A DNA stretch of 36,452 nucleotides from a virus (Duplodnaviria > Caudoviricetes). Location: positions 1-36,452 of IMG/VR virus record IMGVR_UViG_3300031672_000006; one strand, given 5' to 3'. This document shows, one piece after another, positions 1 to 8,304 of the stretch. Each line of letters starts with the position of its first letter. The stretch's first letter is position 1. The position numbers and the translations under genes are program-made. The notes under the pieces were generated by a model. The model saw nothing but the letters and a program-made list of their open reading frames with translations. It was not told the origin of the DNA and made no database searches.

Positions 1-137
1 TGCCAGTTGGTTTGCTGGTAGGACGGCAATTGCAGGCCGATGTTAGGCGTTACCGTGGCCTGAGAATGGGCCTCGGGGCAGAAGACCGCGAACAACACAA
101 CCGTCAAGATTGCCGCCCAATATCGAGACAATTTCAT
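1..137 (-). CDS. 5' part of a gene running off the window: Sec-type signal peptide followed by a tail-fibre-like N-terminal motif
   Basis: Not in the ORF track. ATG at 137 preceded by AGGGGAGAAGGG; translates as MKLSRYWAAILTVVLFAVFCPEAHS-QATVTPNIGLQLPSYQQTNW, open to the window edge. Confidence 0.8.
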   Translation of the reverse strand, partial: MKLSRYWAAILTVVLFAVFCPEAHSQATVTPNIGLQLPSYQQTNW

Positions 138-154
138 GCGATCCCTTCTCCCCT

Positions 155-198
155 AAAACAAAAAGGCCCGCCACGCGGTTTTATCCGCATTGCGGGCC
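155..198 (-). terminator. Intrinsic terminator
   Basis: GGCCCGC-AAT-GCGG ATAAAA CCGC-GTG-GCGGGCC followed by TTTTTGTTTT. Confidence 0.85.
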
Positions 199-240
199 AA
201 TCTTTGTCTCTCCCTTGCGGGAAACTTAGATCACGGCCAA
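195..240 (-). promoter_or_regulatory. Putative antiterminator hairpin overlapping the 5' arm of the terminator
   Basis: GGCC..GATCT..TCCC GCAA GGGA..AGATT GGCC; its 3' GGCC (198-195) is also the first 4 nt of the terminator stem. Confidence 0.5.
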
Positions 241-248
241 GTCAGCTA

Positions 249-443
249 TCAGTACTTATAAACCTTTTTTGTAAGCGATTCAACGCTTGCTATTCTGCTC
301 GCCGCGAAATGCAATGTTACCGACCCGGATATCGGATCTTCCGATTTAATGAACGCCTCCACGGCGCGATACACTTCCTTCGTGACCGTAAGCGACATGC
401 CATCAGGGCCGATTATCTCGAAACTTTCGGGTTTATTAGCCAT
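249..443 (-). CDS. 64-aa small protein, YezD/DUF2292-like
   Basis: Starts 1 nt after the fibre stop codon; helix followed by GSVTLHF..SRIASVE..KK resembles the DUF2292 pattern (recalled, not searched). Confidence 0.55.
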   Translation of the reverse strand: MANKPESFEIIGPDGMSLTVTKEVYRAVEAFIKSEDPISGSVTLHFAASRIASVESLTKKVYKY

Positions 444-444
444 T

Positions 445-1212
445 TTATTCCAGAACTTCTACAAGCATTCCGTACTGAGTGCAGCTATTCAATGCTGATG
501 CAACACTAAAGCCCACCTGGAACGTCATGAGAATTTGAGCGGTTAAATCGATGGGAGTAAGATTCTGGCTATACGCCTCGAAGGGTTGGGTGATGGTAAT
601 GCCAGAAGTGCCTTGCCCGAAAATACTGGAGAAGCTAGCTAGTATATTTCCTGAAGACCCTCCAGCAGTAGTTACAAGTTCGATTACTGAACGCCATCCG
701 AAAGTTCCAGCCGAGGCGGGAATACTAGGAGACCCCAGGCCCATGGAAAATCCACCGGACATCGCCAGTCCAAAACTTACGCTTTCCGCAGATCCACTTG
801 TAGCAAAGACGCCGAAAGCGGTTACGCGAATGACCCGTGGAACCACATTTAGAAAGCCAGCCGGCCCTACAACCTGACTCATCAAATTCTGTACGGTTAT
901 GACATTCGCATTAACCGTCACGGGGCTTCGGTCGATGAATAAAACGTAAGAACCGGCCTGCATTATAGCTGTTGATATATTGTCGGCTAGGGTCGCCAGA
1001 TTGGAATCTGATGCGGAAATCCCTTGCGCAACCATAAATTGCGCAATTGCCGCAGCCATCGTGCTTGCCTGAAAAAATAGCTTGTTCGCCAAAGGGCTTG
1101 GGAATAGGGCATCGACGGTCGCCCCACCGGCACGAAGAGTGTCCGCCGTGTATTCCGCATCCGTCTCTTGGTTTGCTTCAGTCGGATTCCATTGCAAAAA
1201 GTTGGTTGACAT
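445..1212 (-). CDS. Short tail fibre / baseplate-attached receptor-binding protein
   Basis: Follows the DUF2612 gene; N-terminus NF..W....AN......Y...NK.F.QAS..AAA.AQF is typical of the fibre anchor in these tails; beta-rich C-terminus. Confidence 0.75.
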   Translation of the reverse strand: MSTNFLQWNPTEANQETDAEYTADTLRAGGATVDALFPSPLANKLFFQASTMAAAIAQFMVAQGISASDSNLATLADNISTAIMQAGSYVLFIDRSPVTVNANVITVQNLMSQVVGPAGFLNVVPRVIRVTAFGVFATSGSAESVSFGLAMSGGFSMGLGSPSIPASAGTFGWRSVIELVTTAGGSSGNILASFSSIFGQGTSGITITQPFEAYSQNLTPIDLTAQILMTFQVGFSVASALNSCTQYGMLVEVLE

Positions 1213-1220
1213 TTACTCCC

Positions 1221-1865
1221 CTATGCGTTGAATCCCGCAAATCTCCCAACGTCAAATCCGGACACCCATGTATTGTTCAAGTCGAATCCGAAGGCTGGCA
1301 GCGTCGAGAAAACGTAGTTGTAAAGAACGCCTTCTGGCCTTGGCACGATGTAGCCATTCACGATTAAGTCCTGCTCTATCGATGTGAATGTTCCGGTCAG
1401 GAAAATACTCGCTGTCATGTTCTGATTATCGCCAATGGCGATTGTTCTTGAAGGGAAAAGCGTCTCCCAAATTGCCTGAAGGCTATCGATCTTTCCATCC
1501 CACTGATTCTGTGCAGCGCGCGCCTTGATGTAAATCCGGTACGTCGCATCATCCAGGACGGGACTCACGCCGCCAGATGGCTGAAAGCCTACCGTGCGGT
1601 TAGCCCCTACAATCGCCCCAACGGCGTCGAGCTGCTCTCCAATCGCATTGTCCACGTCGAAAGCCATGTCCATCGCAACTTGGCACTGCGAGATGTCGTC
1701 AAACTTCTTCAGGAGCATCGTCAGAAAGGCGATCAACTTAGGAGAACTCCGATATTCGGATGTAAGCAAATTCATGTAATAGCCGATTATCAGCATCTCC
1801 ACCGGCGCGTTGCCGAACTCGCCCGATCCGTAACCTTGCAACGAGAATGGATTCTGACTAGACAC
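1221..1865 (-). CDS. Baseplate wedge protein, DUF2612 family
   Basis: FDVDNAIGEQLDAVGAIVG, LDDATYR.YIKA....NQWDG and DNQNMT..PRPEGV motifs; follows baseplate J. Confidence 0.9.
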   Translation of the reverse strand: MSSQNPFSLQGYGSGEFGNAPVEMLIIGYYMNLLTSEYRSSPKLIAFLTMLLKKFDDISQCQVAMDMAFDVDNAIGEQLDAVGAIVGANRTVGFQPSGGVSPVLDDATYRIYIKARAAQNQWDGKIDSLQAIWETLFPSRTIAIGDNQNMTASIFLTGTFTSIEQDLIVNGYIVPRPEGVLYNYVFSTLPAFGFDLNNTWVSGFDVGRFAGFNA

Positions 1866-3039
1866 TGGTAATCACCACATTGGCCGAGGCACCTTGCGCC
1901 ACTTCATTGAAGGTCAGAGTGATATCCGAAGTTCCCACCGGAGATGGCGCTATGCCGGAAGTCACGGCGCGAATTGAAAATGTCGGCTGGTCGGGATTGG
2001 ATCGGGCATTCAATGCGGACCCATAGAGTTCGCTGTAAACGACCGTCTCACCGATTTCAAGAGAATTAAGATATGCGACCACGTCGGCCTGAATCGCCAG
2101 CAACGTTGCGCTCGTTCCACCGGCTAAAAGGTGGATGGACATCGAGACATAAATCGGAACGTAGGTGGGCCGGTCAAAACGGATCGGCATGGTGTACCCA
2201 GTGTCCGGGTCGGTGATAACGACCGTTGTGGTCCCGTTGGTATAGCAGCCGATTCCTCGGTTGTTATAGATTGCCGTTGCGACGGAGAGATCGGTTGAAC
2301 CTTCCACCACCGCTGTAATCGAATGCGGTGGATTTCCATTCGCGTCCGTTCCACCAGTGGGATTCTCCAGAACATTTACACGCGTCACCCCGGACACGGC
2401 CTCAAGATCGGCCACGGTTCCGGCCAGCATCGTTACTGAAGGAAGCGAGACCGAGATTGCCTGGCGTGCGCGAAGCTGGGAATCCGTTTCTATGGGTGTT
2501 CCGGGTATAGCCGCCGCCGCATTCGTCACGCTGGACCAGCCGCCCACAGGCGTTGCTATGATCGTGATCGTTCCGGGCTCGGCGGTGACATTTCCCGCCG
2601 TAGTGCAGGTCGCCAAAACGTTGATACTTCCTCCGCTTGGGATCGTCACGGTGGGCTGCGGAAGGTTCCACTGGTTTCCGTTCGTGTCCTGTGCCACTCC
2701 GTTTTTAATTACAGTTCCCACCACCCCTGTCACGGCTACAGTTGCCGTCGAGTAGGTGTATGGCAGCCGGGCGATTCCATTCAGCTTTACGATCCGGTCG
2801 AGACCCGCCCCGATGGCCGTCAGCGGAGATGATTGGTTGTAAGCATATTGGAGTGCTTCGCAGGTATCCGACATCTTGAGTGAGAGGATGGAAAGAAGCT
2901 GATAGATTGCCGAATCGTCGCCAACGTACTGATTCGCCCCATAAATCTTGAGGTACTGCGCGACATTATCCGCAATGATGTCCTGATAGCTTGGAATTGT
3001 TAGTCCCGCCGAGGTTATCGATGGTGGAGCGTAGGCCAT
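1858..3039 (-). CDS. Baseplate J/gp47-like wedge protein
   Basis: A.GAGLD...KLNGI.R, ETDSQLRAR and ENPTG..D.NG.PPHSI..VVEG motifs. Confidence 0.95.
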   Translation of the reverse strand: MAYAPPSITSAGLTIPSYQDIIADNVAQYLKIYGANQYVGDDSAIYQLLSILSLKMSDTCEALQYAYNQSSPLTAIGAGLDRIVKLNGIARLPYTYSTATVAVTGVVGTVIKNGVAQDTNGNQWNLPQPTVTIPSGGSINVLATCTTAGNVTAEPGTITIIATPVGGWSSVTNAAAAIPGTPIETDSQLRARQAISVSLPSVTMLAGTVADLEAVSGVTRVNVLENPTGGTDANGNPPHSITAVVEGSTDLSVATAIYNNRGIGCYTNGTTTVVITDPDTGYTMPIRFDRPTYVPIYVSMSIHLLAGGTSATLLAIQADVVAYLNSLEIGETVVYSELYGSALNARSNPDQPTFSIRAVTSGIAPSPVGTSDITLTFNEVAQGASANVVITSV

Positions 3040-3042
3040 ACC

Positions 3043-3429
3043 CTATCCAAGACTCGCCACGGCGCCCGGCGTGAAGGTTACGGGCACAGAACCAAAAGAC
3101 GTTTGCGCTATCGCACTGAAGGTCAACTTCCTGTTTGTCGGGTTGAACGTGATCGAGATATTCTCGACAGCCGAAACATAAGGCGTGCCAGCAATGCGCG
3201 AAGAAATGGCGAGAGACATAACCTCTAAGCCGCTCTGTGATGCGCGGTTTCCAATGATCCCCTGAAACATTGGCGTGCCTTCGCTTAGGTTTTCCCACCA
3301 TTCCCCTTGAAACAAGAGCAGTCGCGTGTCGATGGCTTGAGCTACAGCGTCCAAATTGCTTAACTCCGCGTCGGGATCGAAGATGGGATCGTGGTTAGCA
3401 TCAAGCCGCAAATAGGTGATTGCCGACAT
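3043..3429 (-). CDS. Baseplate sheath-initiator (gp25/gp46/W-like)
   Basis: AVAQAI.TRL.LF.GEWW.NL.EG.P motif; lies between spike and J. Confidence 0.8.
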   Translation of the reverse strand: MSAITYLRLDANHDPIFDPDAELSNLDAVAQAIDTRLLLFQGEWWENLSEGTPMFQGIIGNRASQSGLEVMSLAISSRIAGTPYVSAVENISITFNPTNRKLTFSAIAQTSFGSVPVTFTPGAVASLG

Positions 3430-4133
3430 CAGAGCACCGGCCCCGTGTCGCTGCTGCCTGTCGTTACGCCTGTATGCAAATGCGTCAGGAAGCTCTTGCC
3501 CTCAATGATTGCCGTTCCTGAAATATTGACGTTCCCGGCAGCCGAAATGTCCACATCGCCGGATGAATTGATCGTCACCTTCGGTGCCGTCAGCGCGATT
3601 CCCGACTCGGCCACATCCACAATGACCGTACCGTCGTCACTGCGAAGCTGCGCTGAATCGGACGAATAGCTTGGAAGGACGCGAGGCTGGCTGCGTCCTC
3701 CAGGATAAAATTCGCAGTCGGAAACGTCGTGACGCCTGCGTTCGAATTGATTCTGGATTCCTCCCCGAACCCACCACAGATCAATGCACATATCGCAAAA
3801 CACCAGAAGCCCTTCGTCTCCTTTTTCCAATGGCAATGTCAGCGAGAATCCGCCGGCCGAAGGAAACATAACGGGAACGTTATAGATCGGGGATATGGCA
3901 ATGTTCTGCGGTCCCGATGGCGTGCGAACCACTTCACGGATGGCGATCTGCACTGAAACCGTTTGCGTCGATGCGTCGAACGATTGCACGATGGCAGGGA
4001 CGGAAACCCGAAGGTCGGCTATCGCCTGATTGAGGATTTCCTTCCATTGCGCCGTTTCCGCGTAGTTTAGCTGAGAAGGCGTCAGTTGCGGCTGGAATAG
4101 GCGGGATAGTGCATTCAATATTCCTCTAATCAT
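3429..4133 (-). CDS. Central spike protein (Gp138/gpV-like)
   Basis: VPVMFPSAGGF.LT.PL..GDEGLLVF.D..ID.W and R.HD.SD motifs; C-terminal HxH apex (THLHTGV). Confidence 0.9.
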   Translation of the reverse strand: MIRGILNALSRLFQPQLTPSQLNYAETAQWKEILNQAIADLRVSVPAIVQSFDASTQTVSVQIAIREVVRTPSGPQNIAISPIYNVPVMFPSAGGFSLTLPLEKGDEGLLVFCDMCIDLWWVRGGIQNQFERRRHDVSDCEFYPGGRSQPRVLPSYSSDSAQLRSDDGTVIVDVAESGIALTAPKVTINSSGDVDISAAGNVNISGTAIIEGKSFLTHLHTGVTTGSSDTGPVL

Positions 4134-5167
4134 TGCACACCCGCCGTGGACGCCACGAACGTCCCACTCAAAAGCCCTTGCGCATATCCTCGCGTGTAGC
4201 CCGTCACTTGCGTATACCAGTCGTTTCCTCGCGTATCACCGTAATGACGAACCTGCGCGGCAACAAATAGTCCGCTTTGGTCGAGCGGAGTGAGGACCTG
4301 CCCATACTGAATCTTCAATTGCGATATGACCGTCTGGTCGAGCTTGACCAGGAGAGGCGGAAGCTGCACCTTCAATCGCGGATCGAGCAGAACCGTAAAG
4401 ATTGCCCCAAACGTGTTCTGCTTCGGAACCCCCACAATGCTTCGCGTGATCGATGTATCCGAAGAAGATCCCGCGTTGTAATTCGGTGGGAATGGAGGTC
4501 CGAACACCAGATCGGGATTCATCGTAATGGATGAGTCAAACAGCTCGCTCAAAAAATGTTGATTCCCTCCTATCCAATGATTCAGAAAGTTATCGTCCGC
4601 CATCTGCGAAACATATTTGCTAACCTTACCGAAGATCGTCTTCCCCCGAGGGTATTGTTTCGCGCCAAGTAGTTTTTTCGCCTTTGGACTGACCTGCTCG
4701 TCCACATTTCCGCCCATTTGATCGATCATGGATGAAACAACCTGAAGCTGGCTCGACATCTGTCCCATTGCCACGTTTACGAATTGCTCCTCAATGAGCC
4801 ACGGCCCGGCGAGGCAGTTGAAATGCATCGTCAGATTTACAACGTCCTCGCGATCAAACATGACCTGCAAGACAGGTCCGTCCCAGATGATCGACGACTT
4901 GCTCGGGCCGGACTGATAACCAGCCTCAAGAGTCAGCCACACGGCATTAAAAAGAATGTTTTGCATTTCCGGGTCGTTCAGGTTGTAAACAATCACATCC
5001 GCATACCAGAAAGGAGATGGAAGCGTGCTTTCAAGAATGTCGAATACTATCCGCAATGCTTCCGGGTCCCAACTGCTCTGGGAGAGAACCTGTATGTCGC
5101 CGGAGGCGAGCTTTACCGATAGTTTCCATGCCCGGCCCCACAGCGGGATAGCCGACGTTGCGCTCAC
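4130..5167 (-). CDS. Baseplate hub protein
   Basis: WGR.W.L, VYNL, LEAGY and H.GDTRGNDWYT motifs; start moved to GTG 5167 (GTGA overlap). Confidence 0.8.
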   Translation of the reverse strand: MSATSAIPLWGRAWKLSVKLASGDIQVLSQSSWDPEALRIVFDILESTLPSPFWYADVIVYNLNDPEMQNILFNAVWLTLEAGYQSGPSKSSIIWDGPVLQVMFDREDVVNLTMHFNCLAGPWLIEEQFVNVAMGQMSSQLQVVSSMIDQMGGNVDEQVSPKAKKLLGAKQYPRGKTIFGKVSKYVSQMADDNFLNHWIGGNQHFLSELFDSSITMNPDLVFGPPFPPNYNAGSSSDTSITRSIVGVPKQNTFGAIFTVLLDPRLKVQLPPLLVKLDQTVISQLKIQYGQVLTPLDQSGLFVAAQVRHYGDTRGNDWYTQVTGYTRGYAQGLLSGTFVASTAGVQ

Positions 5168-5520
5168 GCGATAGCCTCTTGTGCTGGCGCTGTGTCGTCC
5201 CATAGCAGCGCGAAGCTAGTTCCCAGATCGCTTCGTCCTGGATAGTCCGAAAGGGAATTTCCTTCATTGAGAATGAAAGCGGATCCGATAGCCAAATAGG
5301 CATACTGCGCGAGGATGTTGGCTCCTGGATACCAGCCGGTAATCAACGGAATGGAATCCAGAAGCAAATTCTGCGCCGAGTCGAATATCGTCATCACCCA
5401 ATAACCGGCCATCTCGGACCAACGCAATACGAGGTTCAAGGTCAGTGGAGATCCATCCACATGGAGCTGTACCGCGAAACTCTGATTCGGCGATGGCGCG
5501 AGTGGAATGATCTGAGGCAT
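5164..5520 (-). CDS. Small baseplate (plug-like) protein
   Basis: IPLAPSPNQSF, W......W.M.I.D, IPL.TG...NIL.QY.YL.IG pattern; synteny. Confidence 0.75.
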   Translation of the reverse strand: MPQIIPLAPSPNQSFAVQLHVDGSPLTLNLVLRWSEMAGYWVMTIFDSAQNLLLDSIPLITGWYPGANILAQYAYLAIGSAFILNEGNSLSDYPGRSDLGTSFALLWDDTAPAQEAIA

Positions 5521-6237
5521 TTATTTGCTCGGCAGTCCGTTGGAATTTGAAACCGCATTGCTTGACCAGTTCCCCGCCCCTACCGCATTCCACGGGACAT
5601 ATGTGGGAGGTACTTCGTTCTGCTGCGTCTGCGAAGCCGATGGTGGCTGCGTGGTCAATGAACCCAGGTTGGTTGTGTCGGTATCCTGACTGCGCGCGCT
5701 TACTGCTGGCATCGACACATCGGCCATGAAAATCTGTCCAAACTCGACACGCATCCTAAGTCCAGCAATGGTTTTTGCGCTCTCTTGCGGCGTCAGCGCC
5801 TCAATCACCATGTTTTGATAGGTTCGAAGCTTGGTTGTGATCGATAGAGGAATACGCGAGAACTGCAAGGCCAGCATTGTCTGGTATGCGGAAACGCTTT
5901 TTGATGTCGAGCCTGACCAGGTAGTCGGGTTGTAGTAGGCGTCCATCGCGTCGGACATCCCCACATCCAAAACAAGGCGCGCTGGAACGATGTAGGCGTG
6001 ATCGGAAACGCTCGCGCCAGTCTGTACCGGGTGCTCTGTTCTGCGCAGTTCTTGCTGATGCTCAATCTCGAATTCGGCATCGAACGCATACAAGGTCTGC
6101 GTGGCCGGAAGTGTCGCATTCGATCCAGCCGTCCCGCTATATTGCGGGGCGTTTCCTTGTCCAGGAAATGTAATCAGCACCTTGGACGCGGATGTCGTTT
6201 GCCATTGCGGGGGACGCCACGTAGCACCGGAACTCAT
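5521..6237 (-). CDS. Tail-tube initiator / Dit-like baseplate protein
   Basis: FDA....H......TEHPVQTGA.VSDHAY..P and T.LRTY.NM.I motifs; immediately after the tape measure gene. Confidence 0.8.
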   Translation of the reverse strand: MSSGATWRPPQWQTTSASKVLITFPGQGNAPQYSGTAGSNATLPATQTLYAFDAEFEIEHQQELRRTEHPVQTGASVSDHAYIVPARLVLDVGMSDAMDAYYNPTTWSGSTSKSVSAYQTMLALQFSRIPLSITTKLRTYQNMVIEALTPQESAKTIAGLRMRVEFGQIFMADVSMPAVSARSQDTDTTNLGSLTTQPPSASQTQQNEVPPTYVPWNAVGAGNWSSNAVSNSNGLPSK

Positions 6238-7671
6238 CTAATAGCTCCATCCGGGCGTCTGGAATTCGGCGATGTTCCTCTGGGTGCGTTGGTTCTGAGT
6301 GGCCGCGACCGCCTTGGCCGTTTCCGTGGCTATCTTTTTAGGATCGGCGTTGCTTGCCACATTCACCGTGACATTAATAGTCGCTTCGGCCTGGAGAACG
6401 CGATTGGCATATGCCGCATTCTCGGCGGGATTCTTGCTTCCGTAGTAGTGCTGAAGAGCGGCACCGACATCGTGATACCTATCGAGGAGCTGCTTCAAAT
6501 ATTTCACGCCTCCATATACGTTTTCTCCAATGCTGGACGGATTGACGCCTAGCATCTTCGCGGTATCCGGCTGAAGCTGGAATATCCCCGCCGCATGAGA
6601 GCCTGGAACATTCGAGGTCAGCACATTTCCGGATTTATCGAATTGCTGGAAATTGCTTTCTATTTGAGCGACAGCAAGGGCCAACTCCGGAGCCACTCCG
6701 AGCGCTTTCGCCTGAGAAACGATGTCAGCCTGTATCGAGGATTTAGAAACGTGCGTTTGCCCATGAAGCAGAACATCAATGGGAGAACCTGGAAGGATCG
6801 ATAGGGCCGGTCCTTGTCCTTCGGGACCCAGCAGTTTATTGGCCTCTTTCAGGTCCGACCATGAACCCTTGAAGTCGCCTCTGGCCATCTTGGCAAAGGC
6901 GCTCTCGATAGAGTTCAGTCCCATCACGGATGTGGCTATATCGTGAATGAACTTCTGTATGGGAAGCTGCGATATGTCGATGCCGATTTGCTTGATTAGC
7001 TCTCCCGTGCTTTTAAGAACGTTCCAAACGTCGATCAAGACGGGCTTCAGTTTCGTGGCAATAACCTGCGCGAAAAATGGAATGTTGGCGATAAACCACG
7101 CGTTGAAATGGCGCATCTTTTCTAGCAGGCCATCAATGGTCGTTCCGAATGCCCTTGCGAGGTCCTGAACAACATTCATTGACAGGTATTGCAGTTCAAC
7201 TCCCAGGCGCGTGAACTCGAAACGCACGTCGCGAATCCTGAGCATTTGATTCTCGAATCCCGGCCCCAACTGCTGCGTAAGTGTCCTCTGATCCTGCACT
7301 AGCTGGTGGAAACGTCCGGCAAGTTCCGGGTCCCACATCACGTTTTCCAGCGGCTGTCCCAGCGCGTCTAGGGCAACCTTCAGCTCGCGGGCTACAGGCA
7401 GGGATGTGTACATGTGCAGAGCGAGCAAGCGGTATTCCTGGTCCGCCATCGCCGTCTTGTCGACGATCCCAATAGCAGCGGCACCCGTAGCCGCAAACGC
7501 TCCAATGATTGCGGACTGGAATTCCAGAATGCTTTTGCCCATGCGAAGGAATTGGTTGTCAACGAGGGCGGAAGCATCACGCAGGTCTGCCGCGAAGCGG
7601 GCATAACTTACCGAGTCGGATTGAAATCCAAGCTTGACGAGATATTCATCGATGACGTTCTGATTGGGCAT
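6238..7671 (-). CDS. Short tape measure protein with a lytic transglycosylase (SLT) domain
   Basis: N-terminal VIDEYLVKLGF and helical body; SLT motifs AVAQIESNF, AAGIFQLQPDTA, NVYGGVKYL. Confidence 0.9.
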   Translation of the reverse strand: MPNQNVIDEYLVKLGFQSDSVSYARFAADLRDASALVDNQFLRMGKSILEFQSAIIGAFAATGAAAIGIVDKTAMADQEYRLLALHMYTSLPVARELKVALDALGQPLENVMWDPELAGRFHQLVQDQRTLTQQLGPGFENQMLRIRDVRFEFTRLGVELQYLSMNVVQDLARAFGTTIDGLLEKMRHFNAWFIANIPFFAQVIATKLKPVLIDVWNVLKSTGELIKQIGIDISQLPIQKFIHDIATSVMGLNSIESAFAKMARGDFKGSWSDLKEANKLLGPEGQGPALSILPGSPIDVLLHGQTHVSKSSIQADIVSQAKALGVAPELALAVAQIESNFQQFDKSGNVLTSNVPGSHAAGIFQLQPDTAKMLGVNPSSIGENVYGGVKYLKQLLDRYHDVGAALQHYYGSKNPAENAAYANRVLQAEATINVTVNVASNADPKKIATETAKAVAATQNQRTQRNIAEFQTPGWSY

Positions 7672-7885
7672 TTTCTATGTATCGCCGCTCGTTCTCTTCT
7701 TTCCAGTCGAGCACGTCATTTACCGCGACCAAGTCCGAGAAATCGTAGGTTCCATCGAACGTTTCTTTCTGCATCCACATCCCCGCAAGAACGGGACGCC
7801 ACAGAAAGCCATCCAGATTCGGCGGAAACTCTATGCCGCTGAAACCTGACCCGCCATCGCATTCAGGCCCCCTACGGCGAAAAAA
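7646..7885 (-). CDS. -1 frameshift extension of the tail assembly chaperone (lambda gpGT analogue)
   Basis: Not in the ORF track. The -1 frame from the slippery site reads FRRRGPECDGGSGFSGIEFPPNLDGFLWRPVLAGMWMQKETFDGTYDFSDLVAVNDVLDWKEENERRYIENAQSERHR*, filling the gap to the tape measure gene. Confidence 0.85.
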   Translation of the reverse strand, partial: FFRRRGPECDGGSGFSGIEFPPNLDGFLWRPVLAGMWMQKETFDGTYDFSDLVAVNDVLDWKEENERRYIENAQSERHR

Positions 7886-8304
7886 TCCGTGAAATTGAAT
7901 GCCAGCACTTCAACTTCTAGTCGCATCACCAGCGCGACATCGTCCCGTATTTCAGGGATAGCCCAAGCGCCCGCATCGTTCACTATTGGCATGGGCAGTT
8001 CGGGGCCGCCATCCTTGCTTTCCATCCTCGAGCACACCGCAAGGCATTTTCCCTGCACGAAGCGATGCGTCTCGAAATCGGCCCCACGGAACACGAACGA
8101 AAAGGCGATCGCGCGCGCCATGTCTTCCGGTGCGGCTTTGTCCGGCGCGGCCACGGCATCTCCGTTGCTTGCGGCGCTTTCCTCGGAAGCCTTTATTCCG
8201 ACCATCAGGGCCTTGCCGAGAATGAACGATCCCACGTCCGGAGAGAGCTTGCGCACCTGATAGCGCGTGCCGGAAAACTCCACGATTTTTGTTTTTGGCG
8301 TCAT
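7831..8304 (-). CDS. Tail assembly chaperone (gpG analogue)
   Basis: Between tube and tape measure; ends ...VLAFNFTDFF...; start ATG 8304 overlaps the tube stop (ATGA). Confidence 0.85.
   Translation of the reverse strand: MTPKTKIVEFSGTRYQVRKLSPDVGSFILGKALMVGIKASEESAASNGDAVAAPDKAAPEDMARAIAFSFVFRGADFETHRFVQGKCLAVCSRMESKDGGPELPMPIVNDAGAWAIPEIRDDVALVMRLEVEVLAFNFTDFFAVGGLNAMAGQVSAA
7879..7885 (-). promoter_or_regulatory. Programmed -1 ribosomal frameshift heptamer T TTT TTC
   Basis: In-frame GAT TTT TTC fits X XXY YYZ near the end of the chaperone gene. Confidence 0.8.

Noticed and set aside
12-509. 165-aa plus-strand ORF
   Set aside because: Antisense to three better-supported minus-strand genes and a terminator
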